A stretch of DNA of 64,000 nucleotides. Origin: Gammaproteobacteria bacterium (GTDB lineage Bacteria; Pseudomonadota; Gammaproteobacteria; Thiohalomonadales; Thiohalomonadaceae). A model generated the notes under the pieces. That model was not told the origin of the DNA. It saw only the letters and a program-made list of their open reading frames with translations, and did not search any database. The translations under genes and the position numbers were made by a program. The DNA is taken from the NCBI GenBank assembly GCA_041687015.1, contig JAWLCT010000002.1, positions 64,073-128,072 on the forward strand. Reading direction: 5' to 3'. Below, in pieces: positions 19,011-29,999 of this stretch; position 1 is the first letter of the stretch, and each line of letters begins with the position of its first letter.

Positions 19011-19198
19011 GGCATGACTCCTCTTGAGAAACAGGCCCGTACGGGCGATGGGGCGCGCATCTTACGCGTTTTGGGCAAGGCTTAAAACGTACGCAAGCTG
19101 CGGGCTTTTGGTGCGCACGCACGGCTTCACCCGCGCGCTCGGGACGCCGACAGCTATCGCTACGCTCAAGCCAACCCCACGACAGAGGCGGAAACGGC

Positions 19199-20838
<1,640 letters not shown>

Positions 20839-20842
<4 letters not shown>

Positions 20843-22956
20843 GCGCAACCGCACGCCACAGGCGCATGCTGGTGATCGCCGGTGAGCGTGACCAGTGCCT
20901 TGCCGCAGCGGACCGCCTCCTCGCCGGGCGGGACGCGTTGTGGATCACCGACCAGCCCCGGGGGGCCTCGGACACGCTGCCCGCAGCCCGGGCCCACGCC
21001 CTGCTCGGCGGCGAGCGTGCCACGCTGGTGTTCGATGCCCATGCGGGTTTCGACGTGGAGGCCTTCGGTGCCTGCGCGGGCGTGGTACGCGGCGGCGGCC
21101 TGTTCCTGTTGCTCACCCCGCCGTTCGCCTGCTGGCCCCAGCAGGATCACGCCGAGAAGGCGCGTATCGCCGATTACCCGCACCCACCCGGCGCCGTGGG
21201 CGGGCGCTTCCTGCAACGTTTCATCGCCGTGCTGCAGGCCGCCGGGGTTCCCATCCTGCGCGCCGGCGATCCACCGCCGGCCATCCCGCCGCCGCCGCGC
21301 TTCGACATCGGCCGCACCGCCGACCAGGACACCGCCATCGCCGCCGTCCTGCAGGTCGCCCGCGGCCACACCCATCGCCCCCTGGTGCTGCTGGCCGATC
21401 GCGGGCGCGGCAAATCCGCCGCACTTGGTATGGCCGCGGCGCGACTGGTGACGGAAGGCTTTGGCCGGCTGGTGATCACCGGCCCCCGCCCGGCGGCAGC
21501 GGAAACCGCCCTGGCCCACGCACGCGCCGCACTGCCCGAAGCCACCCATCAGGGGCGGTGTCTGAGCCTCGGCAGGGCCAGCCTGACGTTTGCCGCGCCC
21601 GACGCACTGGCGGCGGGCGAGGTCGCCGCGGACCTGGTGCTGGTGGATGAAGCCGCCGCAATCCCGGTGCCCATCCTGGAACGCTTGCTACGGCGGTTCC
21701 CGCGCCTGGTGTTCAGCACCACGGTGCACGGTTATGAGGGCACCGGGCGCGGTTTCGCGGTGCGCTTCGCACGGGTGCTCGATCGCCTCACGCCCGGCTG
21801 GCACGAGCTCACGCTGCACCAGCCCGTGCGCTGGGAGCAAGGCGATGCGCTGGAAGCGCTGGTCTTCCGGGCCCTGTTGCTGGATGCGGAGCCGGCGCCC
21901 GAACAGGCGCTGCGGGGCGGCGCGGCAATCCCTGCCGTGGAGACGCTGGATCGCGACCGGCTGGTCGAGGATGAGGCGTTGCTCAACGAGGTATTCGGCC
22001 TGCTGGTGCTCGCCCACTATCGCACCAGCCCCATGGACCTGCGTCAGTTGCTGGATGGCCCCAACGTGTCGGTGCGGGTCTTGCGCAGCCACGAACATAT
22101 CGTCGGCGTGGCGCTGGTAGTGGAGGAGGGAGCGCTGCCGCCGGCGCTTGCCCGCGAGGTCTGGACGGGACGGCGGCGGGTGCGCGGCCACCTGCTCGCC
22201 CAATCCCTGGCCCAGCATGCCGGACTCATGGACGCACCGTGTCTGCGTGGCCGGCGCATCCTGCGCATCGCCGTACATCCGGCCGTGCAGGGGCGTGGGC
22301 TGGGGGGGCGCCTCGTGCAGGCCGTGGTGGAGGCGTGCCGTGCGGCGGGTGCCGATTACGTGGGCAGCAGCTTCGGCGCGACCGCCGGGTTGCTGCACTT
22401 CTGGCAGCGCAGCGGTTTTCAGGGCGTGCGCCTGGGCCTGGCGCGGGATGCGGCCAGCGGCGCACCCTCGGTGATGGTAATGAAGCCCCTCAGCACCGCG
22501 GGCGAGGCCCTGTTCGCTGCCGCACGACGGCGCCACGCCGACGCCCTGCCGCACCTGCTCGCCGGCCCGTTGCGCGGCCTCGATGCACCGCTTGCCGGGG
22601 CCGTGCTGGCGGATGCAGGGCCGCCCCCCGCCAAGCGCGGTCTCGATGACGAGGATTGGCGCGATTTGTTGACCTTCGCCCTGGGCGCACGGGACTTTGC
22701 CTACGTCCTCGCCCCGCTGCATCGCCTCGCACTGCATGCACTCGCCGACAGCCACGCATGCAGCCGGTTGTCGGAGCGCGAACGCGACGCCCTGGTGCTA
22801 TCGGTGCTGGAGGCACATTCGCTGACCGAGACCGCCGCACGTCTGGGTCTGACCGGGCGTCACGCCGCCACGGCCCTCCTGCGCCGGGCGGTGGACGAGC
22901 TTGCCCACGCCTTGGGCAGCAACGGGGTCCAGGCACTACGCGAGACCTTCGCCTGA
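20839..22956 (+). CDS. tmcA: tRNA(Met) cytidine acetyltransferase TmcA
   Basis: Helicase-like P-loop DRGRGKSAALG, DEAAAIP, FSTTVHGYEGTGRGF, and a GNAT segment RILRIAVHPAVQGRGLG. The ATG overlaps the upstream stop (ATGA). Confidence 0.9.
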
Positions 22957-22980
22957 CGTCAGGCACCACCAACGCAGAGG

Positions 22981-23025
22981 CGCGGAGAACGCCTTTGCGA
23001 TCGCCGCACCCTCCGCGGCGTTCCG
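22981..23025. repeat. Copy of the dispersed intergenic repeat family
   Basis: CGCGGAGAACGCCTTTGCGATCGCCGCACCCTCCGCGGCGTTCCG contains the GAGAACGCC / GGCGTTC inverted pair and the CTTTGCGA module shared with 8356-8484, 26514-26543 and 45063-45087. Confidence 0.4.
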
Positions 23026-23105
23026 TTTCTTCAAATCGGCCCCGGCGCAGCCAAGGCACACCCGGGCTAGATTGATGTTAAGGACCCACAAGGGAGGAAC
23101 GCCAC

Positions 23106-23654
23106 ATGCGTAAGGTCATTGGGCTGGGCGCAGGCTTGTTCGGCACGCTCGTGGCCACCACGCCGGTGCTGGCGGTGGAACCGGGGTTCTACATCGGCGG
23201 CGCAGTAGGACAGACCACGGTGGAAGGCGATTTCGGTGGCTTTGATTTCGACGAAACCGATACCAGCTGGAAGGCCTATGCGGGGGCGCGGTTCGGCTTG
23301 TTCGGCATTGAGGGCGGCTATGTGAACCTGGCCGATTCCAGCGACGAAAACGTCTCCATGGAGGCGACGGGCTGGGATCTGTTCGGCACCTTGAACATCG
23401 GCGCCGGCCCCATCACCGTATTCGCCAAAGCGGGGGGCATCCTGTGGGATGCGGAGGCGGAAATCGCCGGCATCGACGTGGATGACGATGACACCGACCT
23501 GGCCTACGGTGCCGGCGTGGCGTTCAACATCACACCGCTGACCGCCATCCGCGCCGAATGGGAGCGCTTTGAGATCGATGAGCTCGCCGACATCGAGGAG
23601 GCCAACATCGATCAGGTCGACATGATGTCCCTGGGTTTGGATGTGACGTTCTGA
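23106..23654 (+). CDS. Small outer-membrane beta-barrel protein (OmpA-TM/OmpW-like)
   Basis: Signal peptide ending LAVEP. Alternating aromatic/Gly strands (FYIGGAVGQT, WKAYAGARFG, GIEGGYVNL). C-terminal ...SLGLDVTF. Confidence 0.8.
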   Translation: MRKVIGLGAGLFGTLVATTPVLAVEPGFYIGGAVGQTTVEGDFGGFDFDETDTSWKAYAGARFGLFGIEGGYVNLADSSDENVSMEATGWDLFGTLNIGAGPITVFAKAGGILWDAEAEIAGIDVDDDDTDLAYGAGVAFNITPLTAIRAEWERFEIDELADIEEANIDQVDMMSLGLDVTF

Positions 23655-23764
23655 CTAAGGCGCGCCACGAGGCACTCGCCCGCACAAGCGTCGAAACCTG
23701 CGGGCGATGCGCCGAACGCGCGGTCGCCGTACAATAACGGGCTCCTGAACCGGAGCAACCGTTC

Positions 23765-24607
23765 GTGAAACTCAGTGTCGACGCCTTTCGCGCCTGGGAA
23801 AACAAGCGCATCACTCTGCTGGGCATGTCCGGGGTAGGCAAAACCCGCCTCTCCAACATCCTGCGCCGGGGAAACTGGTTCCATTATTCCGGTGACTACC
23901 GCATCGGCACGCGCTACCTGGACGAGGCCATCCTCGACAACATCAAACAGCAGGCGATGACCATTCCGTTCCTGCGCGACCTGCTGCGTTCGGATTCCAT
24001 TTACATTCGCAACAACATCACCGTGGATCACCTGAAGCCGGTGTCCACCTTCATGGGCAAGCTGGGCAACCCGGAGCTGGGCGGCCTGTCGCTCACGGAA
24101 TTCAAGCGCCGCCAAAACCTGCACCGCGAGGCCGAGATCGCCGCGTTCAAGGACGTACCGGAGTTCATCCACAAGGCCCAGACCATCTACGGTTACCAGC
24201 ATTTCGTGAATGATGCCGGCGGCTCGCTGTGCGAACTGGACGATCAGGACGTGCTGCGCATTCTCGATGCCAACACCTTGATCCTGTACATCAAGGCCAG
24301 CGAACAGGACGAACGCGAGCTGATCCGCCGCGCCGAGGCCGATCCGAAGCCGCTCTACTACCGCGAAGCCTTCCTCGACGAACAGCTCGCCATCTACATG
24401 CGTGAGCGCAAATTGGATTATGTGGCGCTCATCGACCCCGACGACTTCGTGCGCTGGGTGTTCCCGCGCCTATTCTATTCACGCATTCCGCGCTACGAAG
24501 CGATTGCCGGGCAGTACGGCTACACGGTGAGTACCGATGAAGTGGCGCAGGTGGAGAGCGAGGACGACTTCATCGCCTTGATCGAACACGCCGTCGCGCG
24601 CGGCTGA
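23765..24607 (+). CDS. P-loop ATPase (shikimate-kinase-like fold) upstream of metA
   Basis: Walker A LLGMSGVGKTRLSN. 280 aa with a GTG start in the ORF track. Family-level call only. Confidence 0.65.
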   Translation: MKLSVDAFRAWENKRITLLGMSGVGKTRLSNILRRGNWFHYSGDYRIGTRYLDEAILDNIKQQAMTIPFLRDLLRSDSIYIRNNITVDHLKPVSTFMGKLGNPELGGLSLTEFKRRQNLHREAEIAAFKDVPEFIHKAQTIYGYQHFVNDAGGSLCELDDQDVLRILDANTLILYIKASEQDERELIRRAEADPKPLYYREAFLDEQLAIYMRERKLDYVALIDPDDFVRWVFPRLFYSRIPRYEAIAGQYGYTVSTDEVAQVESEDDFIALIEHAVARG

Positions 24608-24626
24608 CACTGCACGAGGGCAAACC

Positions 24627-25700
24627 ATGCCGCTGGTCGCCAATACCCCCTTGCCCGCCTTCGATCGCCTGAAGCAGGAAGGCCAGACCGTGATCCCGCG
24701 CGAGGCCGCCGTACGCCAGGACATCCGCGAGCTGCACGTGGGGCTGCTCAACATGATGCCCGACGCCGCACTGGAGGCCACTGAACGGCAGTTCTTCCGC
24801 CTGGTGGGCGAGGCCAACCAGATCGCCCAGTTCTACATGCACCCGTTTACGCTCAAGGAACTGGCCCGCGGTCCCGAGGGCCAGGCGCACGTGGATCGCT
24901 ATTACGAGAGCTTCGAGCAGGTGAAGGCCCAGGGGCTGGATGCGCTGATCATCACCGGCGCCAACGTCTCCGGCTCCCGTCTTTCCGATCAACCGTTCTG
25001 GGCGCCGCTCATCGACGTCATCGATTGGGCCTATGAGAATGTCACCGCCACGCTGTGCTCCTGTCTCACCACCCACGCGGTGATGGAGTTCCGCTACGGC
25101 CAGCCGCGTCGCCCGTTGGGCCACAAGCGCTGGGGCGTGTATTCGCACCGGGTGGTGGACCGACGCCATCCCCTGGTGCAGGGCGTGAACACGCGCTTCG
25201 ACGTGCCGCATTCACGTTTCAACCAGATCGATCGCGAACAGTTCCTGGCCGCCGACTGTCGGGTGCTGGTGGAAAGCGAGGCGGGCGTACACCTGGCCAC
25301 CAGCGAAGACGGCTTCCGTCTGGTGTTCTTCCAGGGGCACCCGGAATACGACACGGTCAGCCTGCTGAAGGAATACAAACGCGAAGTGGCGCTCTTTGCC
25401 GCAGGCAAGAGGGCCGATTACCCGCCCTTCGTGGAGAATTATTTCACGCGCCAGAGCGAGGCGGTCCTGGATGAACACCGGGAGCGCGTGATCGCCGCCC
25501 TGGCCGCCGGCCGGCCCGTGCCTCCGCTACCCGAAGCCCTGGTGGCGGCGCAACTGGACAACACCTGGCACGACACCGCGGAGGCCGTGATCAACAACTG
25601 GATGGGCATGGTCTACCAACTCACCCATCTGGATCGGAAAAAGCCCTTCAAGGACGGGATCGACCCCCGCGATCCGCTCAGCCTCGCCCGCGCTGACTAA
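24627..25700 (+). CDS. metA: Homoserine O-acyltransferase, MetA family
   Basis: RELHVGLLNMMPD, ALIITGA, SCLTTHA and FDVPHSRFN are typical of MetA (HTS/HTA). Confidence 0.9.
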   Translation: MPLVANTPLPAFDRLKQEGQTVIPREAAVRQDIRELHVGLLNMMPDAALEATERQFFRLVGEANQIAQFYMHPFTLKELARGPEGQAHVDRYYESFEQVKAQGLDALIITGANVSGSRLSDQPFWAPLIDVIDWAYENVTATLCSCLTTHAVMEFRYGQPRRPLGHKRWGVYSHRVVDRRHPLVQGVNTRFDVPHSRFNQIDREQFLAADCRVLVESEAGVHLATSEDGFRLVFFQGHPEYDTVSLLKEYKREVALFAAGKRADYPPFVENYFTRQSEAVLDEHRERVIAALAAGRPVPPLPEALVAAQLDNTWHDTAEAVINNWMGMVYQLTHLDRKKPFKDGIDPRDPLSLARAD

Positions 25701-25702
25701 CC

Positions 25703-26449
25703 GTGGTGATCCGTCGGCGCCCCCGTCCGAGCCGACGCCGGAAACGGCGCGGGGTGCGCTGGCTGGGTATCGCGCTTCTGGCCGTGCTGGTCGCCGGCGC
25801 CGCGGATGCGCTTTACCTGTTTGCGATCTGGCCCGATTGGTCGCAGCTGGCCAGCGGCCGCGTACCCAAATCCAGTTTCATCCGCGCCTACGAGGCAGCG
25901 CGCATCGACGACCCGCTGCTGCCGCCGTTGCGCTGGCGTCCCGTACCGCTGGCGCAGATCGCGCCGGTCATGCGCAGGGTGGTCGTTATCGCCGAGGACA
26001 GCCGCTTTTGGCAACATACGGGCATTGACCCGGCGGCGATTGCCGAAGCCATGGAGCACAACCTGGCGCGCGGTCGGGTGGTCTATGGTGCGAGCACCCT
26101 CTCGCAGCAGACGAGCAAAAACCTGTTTCTTTCCGCGCGCCGCGACCCACTGCGCAAATGGCATGAGCTGGTGCTCACCCTGGCCATGGAACGCAAGCTG
26201 CGCAAGGGCCGCATTCTGGAGCTGTACTTGAATGTGGCCGAGTTCGGCACCGGAGTGTACGGCGTCGAGGCCGCGGCACGGCATTATTTCGACACCGGTG
26301 CGGCGCAGCTCTCCCCCGCGCAGGCCGTCAGTCTGGCCGCCAGTCTGCCGAGCCCCAAGCTGCACAACCCGCTGACCGACACGCGCAGTTACCACGAACG
26401 CAGGCAACGTATCGCGCAGCATTTCGCGGCATTTTCGCAACCGCACTGA
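25703..26449 (+). CDS. mtgA: Monofunctional biosynthetic peptidoglycan transglycosylase
   Basis: GT51 motifs: VVVIAEDSRFWQHTGID, GASTLSQQTSKNLFLS, RKWHELVLTLAMERKL, RILELYLNVAEFG. Confidence 0.9.
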   Translation: MVIRRRPRPSRRRKRRGVRWLGIALLAVLVAGAADALYLFAIWPDWSQLASGRVPKSSFIRAYEAARIDDPLLPPLRWRPVPLAQIAPVMRRVVVIAEDSRFWQHTGIDPAAIAEAMEHNLARGRVVYGASTLSQQTSKNLFLSARRDPLRKWHELVLTLAMERKLRKGRILELYLNVAEFGTGVYGVEAAARHYFDTGAAQLSPAQAVSLAASLPSPKLHNPLTDTRSYHERRQRIAQHFAAFSQPH

Positions 26450-26513
26450 GCGTACTCAACGGACTGCCAAGACGCAGAGAAGCCAAAAGCCTTCCGCCGT
26501 TGTTTTCAGCTTT

Positions 26514-26543
26514 CCTTGGCATTCCTGGCGTGTTTGCGAGAGG
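26514..26543. repeat. Copy of the dispersed intergenic repeat family
   Basis: CCTTGGCATTCCTGGCGTGTTTGCGAGAGG is closely related to the right arm at 8456-8484 (CTTGGCGTGCTTGGCGGCCTTTGCGAGAG). Confidence 0.45.
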
Positions 26544-26561
26544 CACGTGTTTTTAGGGTAT

Positions 26562-27005
26562 CTAGCGCCGACGGCGCCGACGCGTATCCTCGAGGGTGCG
26601 CAGCTGGGCAAGTGCCTTGATCAGTTCCACCTGTGCGAGATCGCGATCACTGTACAAGGTGGCCGTTCGCATGGCCTCCTCGGCGGCGCGGCGCGCCCGC
26701 TGTGCAGCCTCTTCGTCGATGTCGTCACCGCGCAGGGCCGTATCCGCGAGAATCGTGATGATGTCAGGCTGCACTTCCATGAAGCCCCCGTCCACGTAGA
26801 CGTATTCTTCCTCATCGGCTTCCGTGCGGATGCGCACTTCACCCGGCGCCAGGAACGTCATAAGCGGCGCATGGCGCGGCAGGATGCCCAGCTCGCCGGT
26901 CACCGACTGTACCGAAACCATACGTGCCAGGCCCGAGTACACCTGGGCGTGGGCACTCACAATCTCCAGCCTGAGGGTCCTGTCCGACAGCGGTAGCTCA
27001 GCCAT
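26562..27005 (-). CDS. atpC: F-type ATP synthase epsilon-subunit homologue, not in an atp operon
   Basis: Full-length epsilon pattern: LRLEIVSAHAQVYSG...VTGELGILPRHAPLMTFLAPGEVRIR...VDGGFMEVQPDIITILADTALRGDDIDEEAAQRARRAAEEAM. No atpD, atpG or atpA flank it. Confidence 0.82.
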   Translation of the reverse strand: MAELPLSDRTLRLEIVSAHAQVYSGLARMVSVQSVTGELGILPRHAPLMTFLAPGEVRIRTEADEEEYVYVDGGFMEVQPDIITILADTALRGDDIDEEAAQRARRAAEEAMRTATLYSDRDLAQVELIKALAQLRTLEDTRRRRRR

Positions 27006-27690
27006 GGGACGCCTTTTCGTGAATATTGAAGCCCATGACCCGCATGGCGCTCAGAATGAATTCCGCTGCCGCATCCCAGTCGTCGAGCTTGTCGGTGTTG
27101 AGCACCAGATCGAAAGTGTGCGCTTCGGTGAGATGATGGTTCACGAGCTTGTAGGTGAAATCGTCACGTTCCTTGTTCACCTGGCATACACGGGCACGCG
27201 CCGCCTGGAGATCGATACCGTCGCGCGCGGCAATACGCTTGGCGCAGACTTCCTCGCTGCCCACCACCCGCAGCCGGAACACCTCCCGGTTGGCCAGCAC
27301 GATGTGTGCGCCCCGCCCCACGATGACCCCGCCTTCCTGGACGATGCACAGCAGCACGTCAAACAGGTGGTGCCGGTAAGAGGAAAGAAAGGAACTCTGA
27401 CCCGACAGCAATCCGAACAGCCAGGAGTCGCGCACATCCCGCGTGCGTTCGTCGAGGCGCGCCATGAACTCGCGATCCACCTTGGCGCGTTCGGCCACCG
27501 CATCGAGGATTTCACGATCATAACCCGGGACCCCAAGGCGGGCCGCCAGGCGTTCAGCGATTTCGCTGCCGCCCGAGCCAAGATCGCGCGACACAGTGAC
27601 CACCGGCCGATAATCGGCCTCCGAGCGCTTCTTGCCGCGCGGGTAATACTCGGAGGCGATAAGAGTCTGAATGACTTTCTGGATATCCAT
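26998..27690 (-). CDS. Cytidylate-kinase-like family protein
   Basis: VVTVSRDLGSGGSEIAERLAARLGVPGYDREIL is typical of the Cytidylate_kin2-type family. Its stop overlaps the epsilon start (ATGGCTGA). Confidence 0.72.
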   Translation of the reverse strand: MDIQKVIQTLIASEYYPRGKKRSEADYRPVVTVSRDLGSGGSEIAERLAARLGVPGYDREILDAVAERAKVDREFMARLDERTRDVRDSWLFGLLSGQSSFLSSYRHHLFDVLLCIVQEGGVIVGRGAHIVLANREVFRLRVVGSEEVCAKRIAARDGIDLQAARARVCQVNKERDDFTYKLVNHHLTEAHTFDLVLNTDKLDDWDAAAEFILSAMRVMGFNIHEKASHG

Positions 27691-27752
27691 ACTTGAACCT
27701 CGGCGCCGTTAGCGGAACCATACTTCCTTCCCGACGCCGGTCAAGCCCAACC

Positions 27753-28478
27753 ATGCCGAAATCTTCACTTTTTACCCTCTCCGCCATCGGCGTCGTGCAT
27801 ACGCCCTACAAGGAAAAATTCGGCATTCCGCGCCAGCCTGGGCTGGTACCCGAGGCGCGGGCGACGCTCGAACTGCTTCCCCCCTATGACCGTGACGAGG
27901 CCCTGCGTGGCCTCGAAGACTTCTCGCATGTCTGGCTGATTTTCGGTTTCCACGCCATCCCGCCGGGCGACTGGAAACCCACGGTGCGTCCCCCGCGTCT
28001 GGGCGGCAACACACGCCTCGGCGTGTTTGCGACCCGCTCCATGTTCCGTCCCAATCCCATCGGCCTGTCAGTGGTCGCGCTGCACGGCATCGGGCGCGAG
28101 CAAGGCAAACTGGTGCTCTACCTGCGCGGTGTGGATCTCCTCGACGGCACCCCCGTTTTCGATATCAAGCCTTACCTGCCTTACGTGGACGCCATCCCCG
28201 GCGCACGGGGTGCCTACGCGCAAACCCCGCCCGTCCCCCTGAGCGACGTCACGTTTTCATCCGAGGCCGCCGCAACGTGCGAAACCCTTGCGGCCCGCTA
28301 TCCGGATCTCGCGCGTTTCATTGCCGGCGTGATCGCCCAGGACCCGCGGCCGGGATACCGTACCGGCGGGCACGGGGAATACGGCATGCGCCTGCTGGAC
28401 CTGAACGTGCGCTGGCGCACGGAAGGTGACCGCGTCACGGTATTTTCAGTGATGCCGGTCGACGAGCAGGCCCGATAG
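27753..28478 (+). CDS. trmO: tRNA (t6A37-N6)-methyltransferase TrmO (YaeB family)
   Basis: IGVVHTPYKEKFGIPRQPGL, FSHVWLIFGFH, GVFATRSMFRPNPIGLSVV, LDGTPVFDIKPY. Confidence 0.88.
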   Translation: MPKSSLFTLSAIGVVHTPYKEKFGIPRQPGLVPEARATLELLPPYDRDEALRGLEDFSHVWLIFGFHAIPPGDWKPTVRPPRLGGNTRLGVFATRSMFRPNPIGLSVVALHGIGREQGKLVLYLRGVDLLDGTPVFDIKPYLPYVDAIPGARGAYAQTPPVPLSDVTFSSEAAATCETLAARYPDLARFIAGVIAQDPRPGYRTGGHGEYGMRLLDLNVRWRTEGDRVTVFSVMPVDEQAR

Positions 28479-28601
28479 GTCCATGAGGCTGTCGCGGGAA
28501 CCCACCGAACAAGGCGAAACAACAGCGTCACATGGACGCAGCCTCGGTGTGAATGGGGGATGCTCCGGTTCTGGTATGCGCTACGGCCCCAGCGCGGCGG
28601 A

Positions 28602-29999
28602 TCACGCGTCGAGGTTGTAGCGTTTGATCTTGCGCCACAGGGTGGACTTGTCGATGCCCAGGATTTCCGCGGCAAGGCTACGATCCCCCTGGGTCTCGCC
28701 CAGAATCTTGCGGATGAACCACGTTTCCAGTTCTTCCAGGCTCTGGAGCGGTATATGCCCGTCGCTCTGCACCTCGCCCTGGGGACCGTTGATGCGCGGC
28801 GGCAACAGCTCCGCACCGATTTTTTCCCCCTCACAGAGAATGACCATGCGCTGGACCATGTGTTCCAGCTCGCGCACATTGCCCGGCCAGTGATAGCGCA
28901 TCATCAGCGCCAGCACCTCGGTGGTGAGACCGCTCAGCTGTTTCTGATACTGCCGGGCGAACTTGTTGACGAAAAAGTAAGCCAGCAGCGGAATGTCTTC
29001 GCGGCGTTCCCGTAACGGCGGCAGGGCCAGGTCCATGACCATCAGGCGGTAGTAGAGGTCTTCCCGGAACTGGCCGTTTTTGATCATGTCGGCCATGCTC
29101 CGGTTGCTGGCCGCCAGGACCCGCACATCCACGTAATGCGGCTCGGTTTCCCCCATGGGATAGAAACCACCGTCCTCGAGAACGCGCAGCAGCTTGGCTT
29201 GCAGTGACAGGGTGGCGTTGTTGATTTCGTCGAGAAACAGCGTGCCACCGTTGGCAACGTCAAACAGTCCCGGTTTGTTCCGATCTGCGCCCGTGAAGGC
29301 GCCCTTGCGGTAGCCGAACAGCTCGCTCTCGATGAGGTGTTCCGGGATCGCGGCGCAGTTGAGGGCGACGAATGGACGATCACGACGCTTGCTGTTCGCA
29401 TGGATCTGACGCGCCACCACCTCCTTGCCACTGCCGCTCTCGCCGGTGATGAGCACACTGCAGTCGTAATCCGCCGCTGCCGCGATAATCTCGCCGACGC
29501 GGGCCATGGCCTTGGACTGGCCGATCAGGCCGCCCTCCTCATAGATCCGGCTGCGCGCACGCAGTCGACGGTTTTCGCGCCCGAGCAGATGGTGTTCCAA
29601 AGCGCGCTCCACCGTGCAGCGCAGTTCGAGATTTTCGAACGGCTTGCGCAGGTAGTCGAACGCCCCTTTCTTGAACGCTTCGATGGCGGAGTCGACGCTC
29701 GCATAGCCGGTAATCAGCACCACCTGGGTGAGCGGCCCCCGTTCTTTGGCGGCAGCGAGTACATCGAGACCCCCGCAGCCGGGCATGCGCAGGTCTGTCA
29801 CGACGACCCCTACATCGCGTTTTTCAAGCACACCCACCGCCTCTTCGCCATCGCGGGCGCAAACCACGTCGGCTTTGTCCGCCAGCGGTTCCAGCACGCT
29901 GGCGATCAGGCCACGCATGTTCTCGTCATCCTCACTGATGAGGATGACCGGGCGTACAGGATCTTCACTCACGCCGGTCACAGACATCACTGCACTCAT
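28602..29999 (-). CDS. Sigma-54-dependent response regulator (NtrC family: REC, AAA+, Fis-HTH)
   Basis: REC domain (VILISEDDENMR...VVVTDLRMPG). Walker A ITGESGSGKE, GAFTGA loop (GYRKGAFTGAD), WPGNVRELE. C-terminal HTH AAEILGIDKSTLWRKIKR. Confidence 0.93.
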   Translation of the reverse strand: MSAVMSVTGVSEDPVRPVILISEDDENMRGLIASVLEPLADKADVVCARDGEEAVGVLEKRDVGVVVTDLRMPGCGGLDVLAAAKERGPLTQVVLITGYASVDSAIEAFKKGAFDYLRKPFENLELRCTVERALEHHLLGRENRRLRARSRIYEEGGLIGQSKAMARVGEIIAAAADYDCSVLITGESGSGKEVVARQIHANSKRRDRPFVALNCAAIPEHLIESELFGYRKGAFTGADRNKPGLFDVANGGTLFLDEINNATLSLQAKLLRVLEDGGFYPMGETEPHYVDVRVLAASNRSMADMIKNGQFREDLYYRLMVMDLALPPLRERREDIPLLAYFFVNKFARQYQKQLSGLTTEVLALMMRYHWPGNVRELEHMVQRMVILCEGEKIGAELLPPRINGPQGEVQSDGHIPLQSLEELETWFIRKILGETQGDRSLAAEILGIDKSTLWRKIKRYNLDA

